DNA of 34,807 nt from Chlamydiia bacterium (GTDB lineage: Bacteria; Chlamydiota; Chlamydiia; Chlamydiales; JAAKFQ01), in NCBI GenBank assembly GCA_041688145.1, contig JBDNIV010000022.1:1-34807 (forward strand), written 5' to 3'. The notes under the pieces are model-generated. The model made no database searches, had not been told where the DNA came from, and saw only the letters and a list, made by a program, of their open reading frames with translations. The position numbers and the translations under genes are program-made. Below, in pieces: positions 9,949 through 17,505 of the stretch. The number at the start of each line of letters is the position of its first letter. Position 1 is the first letter of the stretch.

Positions 9949-10701
9949 CTATCTATAGGTGAATACAAGTCCTTGTGTCAGCAAAGACCAGCCATCAACC
10001 ATTACAATAAGAAGTAGTTTTAGAGGCAATGCTATCGTAAGAGGAGAGAGCATCATCATACCCATCGCAAGCAAGATGTTAGATGTCACAAGGTCTATAA
10101 CAAAAAAGGGCAAGTAGATAAGCACTCCAATTTCAAAAGCGCCTTTGAGTTGTGAGATAATATAGGCTGGGACAAGTACGATAAAGTCTTGAGGCTTAAG
10201 TTCTTTTTTTAGCTCTTCAGGAAGTGTTTTATACGCTGTTTGATAAAAAGATTTGAGTTGTTGCGGCAATGTATTACGCATCAAAAAGTTGCGCATAGGC
10301 TCTTTTGTGTGGCTAACAAGCCCTACCATGTACTGAGGGGTTTGTCTCGACATAATCGAGACTTGAGAGTTTTGCTTAACATACTCTTCGCCTGCTTTAT
10401 ACATCTCCATCCCTGTAGGGAACATTACATAAGTTGTTAGAAGTAGGGCAATACCTGTGATTACCTGGTTAGGGGGCGCTTGTTGTACTCCAAGTGCATT
10501 TCTAAGTAGAGACATCACAACAACAATTTTTGTAAATGAAGTGAGTAGCATGATGATATAGGGCAAAACGCCTAAGCTAAAAAGAACAGCAAGTACAGTT
10601 AAAATACTTGGGGGCTGGGCATCAGGGGCCTCAACTGCAAAACCTATGATAGGTAGCGCTAAAGCAAAAACAGTCGTTAAAACAAGAGGCAGCTTTTTCA
10701 T
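9949..10701 (-). CDS. sctR: Type III secretion export apparatus subunit SctR
   Basis: TSFTKIVVVMSLLRNALGVQQAPPNQV, AFEIGVLIYLPFFVIDLV, GMMMLSP, PLKLLLIVMVDGW. Confidence 0.97.
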   Translation of the reverse strand: MKKLPLVLTTVFALALPIIGFAVEAPDAQPPSILTVLAVLFSLGVLPYIIMLLTSFTKIVVVMSLLRNALGVQQAPPNQVITGIALLLTTYVMFPTGMEMYKAGEEYVKQNSQVSIMSRQTPQYMVGLVSHTKEPMRNFLMRNTLPQQLKSFYQTAYKTLPEELKKELKPQDFIVLVPAYIISQLKGAFEIGVLIYLPFFVIDLVTSNILLAMGMMMLSPLTIALPLKLLLIVMVDGWSLLTQGLVFTYR

Positions 10702-10708
10702 GGCTCTT

Positions 10709-11344
10709 TTAGTTTGTTTGTTCTTTAAGAAGACCTTTCAAGGCGACTTCTAGTGATTTCCAGAGTACATCAAGTTGGGCATTAATGATACCTGCTTCTG
10801 TTTCAATAACGCATCCACCTTTTTCAACATCTGCACGCGTATGAATAGCAAAGCTTTGCACATACTCGAAAGATGTTTTGAGTTCATCTTTGTTTGTCTC
10901 GAGCGTGCTTAAATCTTCTTTGTTTACATAAAGTGTAATATGCTCATGAGTGGCTACAGGGCGAAGTGCCTCTTTTACAATATTAAGTACAGCTGTTTTT
11001 GAAGTTTTTATCTCTTTGCCCATTATCTTCTTTCCACACTCAATAACTAAGGATACGATTTCGTCTTCAAACTCTTTGCGAAGATCAGCTGCTTTTTTTT
11101 CAAGATCTGCTACAGCTGAGCTCCACAGTTTCATCCCCTCTTCAAAACCCTCTTTTTTGGATTTGTCTTTGAGATTTGCAGCTTCATCTGTTGCTTTTTT
11201 TCGAAAAGCTTCAATCTCTTTTTCTGCTTTTTCAACGAGCTCTTTAGCATTTAGCAGATGAGAAAAATCATCACTGCGAATAACTTTTGTATTTGCTTTA
11301 AGCTCGAGCTCAGGGCGTTCAATAAGTGAGAAAAGCTTTTTCAT
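10709..11344 (-). CDS. sctL: Type III secretion stator protein SctL (HrpE/YscL/FliH family)
   Basis: Coiled-coil N-half with KEGFEEG, GGCVIETEAGIINAQL; position between sctK and sctR. Confidence 0.93.
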   Translation of the reverse strand: MKKLFSLIERPELELKANTKVIRSDDFSHLLNAKELVEKAEKEIEAFRKKATDEAANLKDKSKKEGFEEGMKLWSSAVADLEKKAADLRKEFEDEIVSLVIECGKKIMGKEIKTSKTAVLNIVKEALRPVATHEHITLYVNKEDLSTLETNKDELKTSFEYVQSFAIHTRADVEKGGCVIETEAGIINAQLDVLWKSLEVALKGLLKEQTN

Positions 11345-11352
11345 AAAAAGAC

Positions 11353-12237
11353 CTACTTAGGATTAAAGGCTTTTGCTGCCTCAGGAAAGAGAATATTCAA
11401 AAGCTCTGATAATTGTTTTTGCACAAGGGATGTGGCGGGTTCAATAGCATTTGGCTTGATAAGATGTTTTAAAATTTTAGCTCGGCCTGTATCAAAGCGA
11501 TAGAGAATTTGCTCGATAAACGCTTCATCTTCACCGCTAAGAGCCACACACAGGCGCATAAGGCCTCGTTTTTGCAAAACATGGCGCACACCATTAGTGT
11601 TTTTTAGCCATGTTTCAAGGCCAAGTGGGGGCAACCTCCACAGGAAACGTCTCGTTAAACACTGCTCTAAAAAAATGATTTCTTTAGAAGAGAGTTCACT
11701 GTAGATCTTTGTAATTGTAGGCTTGTCAATGGTTTTTCTCATCTCTTCAGCAAGATCAAAAAGGCCTAAAAAATCACAGACCTGTTCAAGAGTTCTTTTA
11801 GTGAGTTTTAAAAGAGGGGTCATATGAGAGTAGGGTAGAGAAGATTCAGGTAAAATCACATGGCTGAAAAGTTTTGTATAAATGAGATTAAAAATCCAAG
11901 AGCGCATCTTAGGACTTAGAGGAATTTTCCGCTCTTTAAGACCAAGCTTATTTCTCAGATTTAAAGCGGTATCTGCAGGAAGAGTGGTTAAGATAAGCTC
12001 TTTTTCAAAAAGGGGCCTGTCTTGAAAAAGAGGCAGCAGCCACGAGAAGTGAACGTTTTGCAGTCCAAAGGGGATATCAATAAAGCCTGAAGGGACAAGG
12101 TCACTTTTATCTGGGGAAAGCTTAACTGAGCGCAAACGGTCTACAATACTTGTAGCAAAGTATTTTTCTAAAGCTTGAATATTGCCATGATAATTTTCTA
12201 AGAGTGCGCGCGTATAATGCCAGCTTTTGTCTTTCAT
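11353..12237 (-). CDS. sctK: Putative T3SS sorting-platform adaptor SctK (CT560/CdsK-like)
   Basis: VHFSW motif, LGLFDLAEE, GLMRL; conserved chlamydial position between sctJ and sctL. The name rests largely on synteny. Confidence 0.72.
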   Translation of the reverse strand: MKDKSWHYTRALLENYHGNIQALEKYFATSIVDRLRSVKLSPDKSDLVPSGFIDIPFGLQNVHFSWLLPLFQDRPLFEKELILTTLPADTALNLRNKLGLKERKIPLSPKMRSWIFNLIYTKLFSHVILPESSLPYSHMTPLLKLTKRTLEQVCDFLGLFDLAEEMRKTIDKPTITKIYSELSSKEIIFLEQCLTRRFLWRLPPLGLETWLKNTNGVRHVLQKRGLMRLCVALSGEDEAFIEQILYRFDTGRAKILKHLIKPNAIEPATSLVQKQLSELLNILFPEAAKAFNPK

Positions 12238-12239
12238 GG

Positions 12240-13211
12240 CTAACCACCTGAGGACTCGTCAGTTTCAGACTCTTCAGAAGAAAATGCGGTATCACTCCCG
12301 CGGTTATTCTCAGATCCTTCCTCTAAAGTGCCAGCCTCTTTTGTAATTAGTGGTCTTAAGGAAAACAGCTTGCGCACACCACCTTTAGGGAGGAAGGGGT
12401 AGACTTTCCAAGTAAGCCATGCTGCAAGAAGACCAAAAATAAGTACTAAAAAAGAGAGCACAAAGAATAGAGCACGGAATCTGCCTTTAGAGGACTCGTT
12501 CATAGTAATAGACCAAATAGTCGCCATTTCAGATTGAGCGCCCGTGCTATTCATACTGGATTTTGGCATGACATCTGTGAAGCGAGAGCGGTCAGAGACA
12601 ACAGTTACATTATCAAAGGTAAGCTCAGGCACACTGCTAGAAATCAAGCGTTTAATTTTAGTTGTAAGATTAGAGTTGATGTTGTCTAGGGAGCCTTCAT
12701 GTTTAACGTAAACAGCGGCTGCAGGCTTGGGTTTATTGCTCTGATCCATACCAAGGCCCTGCTCTTCAGGAATAGAGAGTTTTACTGTTGCAGAAATTAC
12801 ACCATCGATTTGTTGAAGCATGTCAGCAAGATCATTTTCTAAACCTGTTTGGTAACGAATAGTTTGCTGTTTATCAGAGGTCATTAAGCCGGTTTCACCG
12901 AACAGATTTAAAAGGCCTGTTCCTTGCCTTCTTGGAAGGCCAACTCGGTTCAAAATTGCCATAGCTTCTGTTGTTTTTTGAGGGGCTACCGCTATATTCC
13001 AAAGGTTAGAAGGTCCTGAAGCTGTAGCTGCAGAAGATGAATAGGCTATTTTTTCAGCTGCAATGCCGTAGCTCGCTAGAAAAACGACAATTTCATTCGC
13101 TTGGCGTTCATCGATGTTGTTTACGATGACTTGGTTTTGGCTGCAGGCAGTGATGAGCAGCAATACTGCGAATAAAAAAAATGTGGAAATCTTTCTAAAA
13201 AAACAAGACAT
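12240..13211 (-). CDS. sctJ: Type III secretion inner membrane ring lipoprotein SctJ
   Basis: Lipobox LITAC, ERQANEIVVFL, GLPRR, QIDGVISATV, IKRLISSSVPEL, C-terminal TM helix followed by an acidic tail. Confidence 0.96.
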   Translation of the reverse strand: MSCFFRKISTFFLFAVLLLITACSQNQVIVNNIDERQANEIVVFLASYGIAAEKIAYSSSAATASGPSNLWNIAVAPQKTTEAMAILNRVGLPRRQGTGLLNLFGETGLMTSDKQQTIRYQTGLENDLADMLQQIDGVISATVKLSIPEEQGLGMDQSNKPKPAAAVYVKHEGSLDNINSNLTTKIKRLISSSVPELTFDNVTVVSDRSRFTDVMPKSSMNSTGAQSEMATIWSITMNESSKGRFRALFFVLSFLVLIFGLLAAWLTWKVYPFLPKGGVRKLFSLRPLITKEAGTLEEGSENNRGSDTAFSSEESETDESSGG

Positions 13212-13435
13212 AAACGGCCCTAGATAGTTGCTTTCGCGTCCCTATTCGAATTGTAGCAATTCAGGTGTTATAGAAGAAGCTCTTTCTAGGTTTTTAAGGA
13301 TTTTCAGCATCTCACTAAACACTTCATCTATAGAAATTTGCTAAATGGGGAAAGGGTGTTTGCATTTTTTCTATACAAGGTATGCAGGTTTGCTCTCGTT
13401 AATAAACAGCGCCAAGCGGTTTCATTTGGGCGTGT

Positions 13436-13466
13436 AAGTTTGCAAAATCGCAGCGCTTGCAAACTT
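13436..13466. repeat. 10 bp perfect inverted repeat, candidate operator
   Basis: AAGTTTGCAA (13436-13445), 11 nt spacer, TTGCAAACTT (13457-13466), in the divergent sctJ/SBP intergenic region. Confidence 0.6.
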
Positions 13467-13485
13467 GCGCTAAAGCTTCTATGAT
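13457..13485 (+). promoter_or_regulatory. Candidate sigma70/sigma66 promoter of the SBP-GT4 transcript
   Basis: TTGCAA (13457-13462), 17 nt spacer, TATGAT (13480-13485); SD-like GAGGAG upstream of ATG 13544. Confidence 0.6.
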
Positions 13486-13543
13486 GCGGGTTTTAAAACG
13501 TTTAAAAAGCATTTGTAAAAGCATCGCTTAGAGGAGTCATTTT

Positions 13544-14305
13544 ATGCAGATTCTTAAAAAATGGTTGAGAGTAGCGGCGAATGTGCACTTAATACCTATA
13601 TTATGTCTTTTCACGTTCTCTGTGGGCTGCTCTATTATTTTCCCAAAACCAAAGCGTGTGGCTGTTGATCCTGGATGGCAATCGGTAGAAGCTCTTTCTA
13701 AAAAAAGTCATTTAACTGGATTTGCTTTTGAGATTTTATCTGATGCTTCTAAATCAGAAAATATTGATTTGGAGAGGGTGGTTGCAGCAGGGCAAACGCT
13801 TATTTTTGATTTAAAAAGTGGTAATTATGATGCAGCTTTTTCTGCTCTTCCTGAAACGGAAAAAAATCGTACTTTTTTTGCTTTTTCAAGACCTCTTTTA
13901 GAAGTAGGTCCTGTATTAGTGGTGCCCACTAGTTCTAATATTTCAGATATCGCTGATGTAGGCGGCAAGATTGTAGGTGTTGAAGAGGAGGCTTCGGCTA
14001 TTTTGGCTGTGCAAAAAACGCCAGGCATTACTTTGGATCGCTACACAGAAATTGCAAAAGCTTTTGAAGATCTCTCTCAAGGGAAAATTGACGCCCTTGT
14101 AGTAGATAGGCTCGTAGCTGATGCTTATTGCGAAAGCCTTTACCAAGGTCAGTTAAAGGTTGTAGGATCTCCACTTAACGAAGAAGCTATTCGTTTTATC
14201 TCGCTCTTAAAGAACAAGGATCTAGTAGAAGTTTTTGACAAAGCGCTTCATAAAATGGAAATTTCTGGAGATTTTAAAAGATTGAAGGCTAAGTGGGGTT
14301 TGTAA
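13544..14305 (+). CDS. Polar amino acid ABC transporter substrate-binding lipoprotein (SBP family 3, FliY/ArtJ-like)
   Basis: Lipobox FSVGC, GFAFEIL, LKSGNYDAAFS, FSRPLL, GKIVGV, LSQGKIDALVVD, C-terminal LKAKWGL. Confidence 0.88.
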   Translation: MQILKKWLRVAANVHLIPILCLFTFSVGCSIIFPKPKRVAVDPGWQSVEALSKKSHLTGFAFEILSDASKSENIDLERVVAAGQTLIFDLKSGNYDAAFSALPETEKNRTFFAFSRPLLEVGPVLVVPTSSNISDIADVGGKIVGVEEEASAILAVQKTPGITLDRYTEIAKAFEDLSQGKIDALVVDRLVADAYCESLYQGQLKVVGSPLNEEAIRFISLLKNKDLVEVFDKALHKMEISGDFKRLKAKWGL

Positions 14306-14306
14306 A

Positions 14307-15449
14307 TTGCCGCTAAAAATAGCTGTAGATAGTTTCCCTTTGTGTCGGGCGCGAACAGGAATAGGCAATTATATTTTCTACTTACTTGTAGAGTGGGTTC
14401 GACAGTGTCCTGAAGACACTTTTTTTCTTTTTTCAGATAAACCTATAGAAGATTTAGGTGAGCTTGCGCGTTTTCCTAATGTAGTGAATATCACGGCTTC
14501 TTTTTTGTCTGTGAGTCAGTCTGCTTGGTCTCAAACAGCGCTTTCATGGCTTTGTTTTAAGCACCGGATTGATCTTTTTTGGGGTGCGACTCAATCTATT
14601 CCTCTATTCAAACGAAAAAACATGCGTACGATTTTAACAATTTATGATTTTGTGTATTTGCTGCATCCACAGACAACCTCACCTATTCGCAGATGGTATC
14701 AGAAGATATTCTCTAAAAGGATGGTTAAAAAAGCAGACAAAATAATTGCTATTTCAAAAGGAAGTTCGACGAAATTAGAAAAGATTTATGGTAGGCGAGC
14801 AGATGAAGTTATTTATCCCCCATTGCGCAGCTTCCCAAATGTTTTGCAGTCTGATACTAAGCGGTTTTTAGCAAGTAGAGGGCTTAAAAATAAAGAGTTT
14901 CTGCTCACAGTAGGCTCTTTAGAGCCTCGTAAGCGACTGAAGGAGCTTTTGGAAGTTTATTTTCAGGTTCTTACAAAAGCGAGCGAGGAAGCTAGTTTAG
15001 ACAAGGTTTATCCTTTGGTAGTTATTGGAGGTGGCGGTTGGAAAAATAGGGAAATTCTTGTTCTTCTGCAGACTATAGAGACGAAATTTCCAGATTATCT
15101 TAAGCCTTTAGGCTTTAGTTCAGATCGAGATTTAGGGATTTGTTACAGGTCAGCTAGCGCTTTTATTCTAATGTCATGCTACGAGGGGTATGGAATGCCT
15201 ATTGCTGAAGCTCGGTCGTTAGGGACTGAAGTTATTTATGCGAATACAGAAGAGATGCAAGAGGCTGCTCTAGGTGAGGGGATAGCCATAGACCGAGTTG
15301 AGGAATTAATAGATAAGGGCCTTTTTCTTAAAAAAGAGGCTAAGCCCCAAGCCCTATACACTGAGAAAAATCAAAAAGATTATGTAGCTGCAGTTTATTC
15401 GGACACTGGTATAGAGGCTAAAAAGCTGGTTCAAGTAGGTCTTGAATAA
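14307..15449 (+). CDS. Glycosyltransferase family 4 (GT-B)
   Basis: TTG start 1 nt after the SBP stop; [29 protein letters not shown]7E motif EGYGMPIAE; 3' end overlaps gmd by 32 nt. Confidence 0.88.
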   Translation: MPLKIAVDSFPLCRARTGIGNYIFYLLVEWVRQCPEDTFFLFSDKPIEDLGELARFPNVVNITASFLSVSQSAWSQTALSWLCFKHRIDLFWGATQSIPLFKRKNMRTILTIYDFVYLLHPQTTSPIRRWYQKIFSKRMVKKADKIIAISKGSSTKLEKIYGRRADEVIYPPLRSFPNVLQSDTKRFLASRGLKNKEFLLTVGSLEPRKRLKELLEVYFQVLTKASEEASLDKVYPLVVIGGGGWKNREILVLLQTIETKFPDYLKPLGFSSDRDLGICYRSASAFILMSCYEGYGMPIAEARSLGTEVIYANTEEMQEAALGEGIAIDRVEELIDKGLFLKKEAKPQALYTEKNQKDYVAAVYSDTGIEAKKLVQVGLE

Positions 15450-16515
15450 TTTTTGGCTCTCTTATAACACGCTGCATATCCGCTTCCATCATCTCTTCTA
15501 CTAAGGATTCAAAGGACGTTTTTGGCTCCCAGCCTAAGAGGTCTTTGGCTTTTTTGGGGCTTCCTAAAAGCGTTTCTACTTCTGCTGGTCGGAAAAATCT
15601 TGGATCTATGGCTACGATAGTCTGTCCTACACTGATTGCTAAATCTATCCCTTCTTTAGGAAATATTTTTGAGACAATGGCTTTTTCATTAAGGCCTGAT
15701 CCGCTCCACTCTAAGGTGATGCCAAGGAATTTAGCTGCTTGAATTACAAAGTCTTTTACTGAATGCTGCTTGCCTGTTGCAATTACAAAATCTTGAGGAG
15801 TCTCTTGCTGGAGCATAAGCCACTGCATTTCTACATAGTCTCTTGCGTGTCCCCAATCACGTTTAGCATCCATATTCCCAAGATAGAGACACGGCTCTAA
15901 ACCTAAGGCTACCTTTGCTAATGTTTTAGTGATCTTTCGGGTGACAAAATCTTCACCTCTTAAAGGGGATTCATGATTGAATAAAATGCCATTGCACGCA
16001 TACATGTCATAAGATTCGCGATAATTTACAGTAGCCCAGTAAGCATAAAGCTTGGCTACACCATAAGGAGATCTAGGATAAAAAGGTGTGGATTCATCTT
16101 GGGGAATGCTTTGCACTTTACCATAGAGCTCAGATGTAGATGCTTGATAAAAGCGGGTTTTTTGTGTGAGATCTAGTTGGCGGATAATCTCTAGAATCCG
16201 GAGTGCGCCAATTCCACTTACATCAGCAGTATACTCAGGGGCTTTAAATGAAGAGCCTACATGACTTTGCGCTGCTAAATTATAAACCTCATCGGGTTCA
16301 ATAGCTTTGATGGTGTGGTAGAGACTGCCATTATCAGCTAAATCTCCCTCATGGAGGGTGATATTTGGTTTCAGGAGGTCAAGCCTCTCGTGGTTAGGGG
16401 AAGCAGATCTGCGTACAAGACCGTGCACATCATACCCTTTATCATCTAAGAGCTTTGCAAGATAAGCTCCATCTTGTCCAGTCACACCTGTTATAAAAGC
16501 GCGTTTTTTTGACAT
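15418..16515 (-). CDS. gmd: GDP-mannose 4,6-dehydratase
   Basis: [60 protein letters not shown]. Confidence 0.98.
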   Translation of the reverse strand: MSKKRAFITGVTGQDGAYLAKLLDDKGYDVHGLVRRSASPNHERLDLLKPNITLHEGDLADNGSLYHTIKAIEPDEVYNLAAQSHVGSSFKAPEYTADVSGIGALRILEIIRQLDLTQKTRFYQASTSELYGKVQSIPQDESTPFYPRSPYGVAKLYAYWATVNYRESYDMYACNGILFNHESPLRGEDFVTRKITKTLAKVALGLEPCLYLGNMDAKRDWGHARDYVEMQWLMLQQETPQDFVIATGKQHSVKDFVIQAAKFLGITLEWSGSGLNEKAIVSKIFPKEGIDLAISVGQTIVAIDPRFFRPAEVETLLGSPKKAKDLLGWEPKTSFESLVEEMMEADMQRVIREPKIIQDLLEPAF

Positions 16516-17462
16516 AATCTATAACTCCAATCGTCTAATAAACTTTGCAATGTATCTTCTAAGGGGATGCTAGGTTCCCAGCCAGTATCTTGTTTTAAAA
16601 GTTCGTAGCTGCCCACAAGGCGCTGTTGGTTAGAAGGGCGCTTTTGTGCGGATACATTTTTTATAGGAACATTAATTTTAGCAAGATGCATCATTTGCTC
16701 TAGTATATAGCTAAGTTTATATTCTTTGCCTGAGCAAAGATTATAAGCTCTTCCAGCGCAGCCTTTTTCTAGCAGATCAAAATAAGCAGAAGCTGCATCA
16801 CGCACGTCTAAAAAATCTCGAGAAACGGTTAAGTCTCCTGTTTCAATTGTCTTACGCAGACCCATTTGGGCTTCAATAACCTGCTTTGAAAATGAAGAGA
16901 GAACAAAGAGTGTCGATTGGCCAGGTCCTATTTGGTTGAAAGGGCGAACAATAACCACATCTAGATTAGAGATTCGCATTTCTTGTAAGCAAAGCTCTTC
17001 AGCGCAGAGTTTACTAAGAGCGTAGGGGCTTTGGGGTTTTTTAGGCTCGTTTTCAGTTCCAGGTAGATTTTTTTCTTCTATAAGACCGTATACATGAGCA
17101 GAGCTTACAAATAGGAAGCGCCCCTGAAAGTTTATTGCCTTTAGGCCTTGAATGATATTGTGTGTCCCTAAGAAATTTACATTGAGCGTGTTTTCAGGGT
17201 TTTCAAATGATGAAGGGATGTGGCTTTGGGCAGCTAAGTGGATAACTGCATCGGGTTTGAGATTCAACAAAGCTGCAGCCACGCGTTTACTATCTGTAAT
17301 ATCAACTGGACCAGCACCATCATCGAGATCTAGAATTTCAACGGCTTTACTTAAAAACAATGAATTCGCTAATTGTTTTAAGTAAGTTCCCACAAAGCCG
17401 CTGCCACCTGTAAGAATGATGCGAAGAGGGACTGGTTTTTGATGAGTAAAAGCCTTATCCAT
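16491..17462 (-). CDS. rmd: GDP-4-keto-6-deoxy-D-mannose reductase-like extended SDR (Rmd, GDP-D-rhamnose synthase)
   Basis: [33 protein letters not shown] (YxxxK), [19 protein letters not shown]; overlaps gmd by 25 nt in rmd-gmd order; no Fcl-type motifs. Confidence 0.75.
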   Translation of the reverse strand: MDKAFTHQKPVPLRIILTGGSGFVGTYLKQLANSLFLSKAVEILDLDDGAGPVDITDSKRVAAALLNLKPDAVIHLAAQSHIPSSFENPENTLNVNFLGTHNIIQGLKAINFQGRFLFVSSAHVYGLIEEKNLPGTENEPKKPQSPYALSKLCAEELCLQEMRISNLDVVIVRPFNQIGPGQSTLFVLSSFSKQVIEAQMGLRKTIETGDLTVSRDFLDVRDAASAYFDLLEKGCAGRAYNLCSGKEYKLSYILEQMMHLAKINVPIKNVSAQKRPSNQQRLVGSYELLKQDTGWEPSIPLEDTLQSLLDDWSYRLCQKNALL

Positions 17463-17505
17463 AGAGCGCAGAATGCTCTAAAGTAGCTTACTTTACAAGG
17501 GGCTT

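Noticed and set aside
8799..13211. Flagellar (fliP/Q/R/H/F) interpretation of the export genes
   Set aside because: The first gene is a SctJ-type lipoprotein, and the J-K-L-R-S-T order is that of the chlamydial injectisome.
16491..17462. GDP-L-fucose synthase (fcl) or a second gmd
   Set aside because: It lacks Fcl motifs (e.g. LGSSCIYP) and the Gmd catalytic T-x-E and GQDG motifs; it fits Rmd better.
17462..17495. Two small dyads (TAGAGC/GCTCTA and TAAAGTA/TACTTTA) between glgP and rmd
   Set aside because: The 6-7 bp arms have no U-tract and cannot be told from chance.
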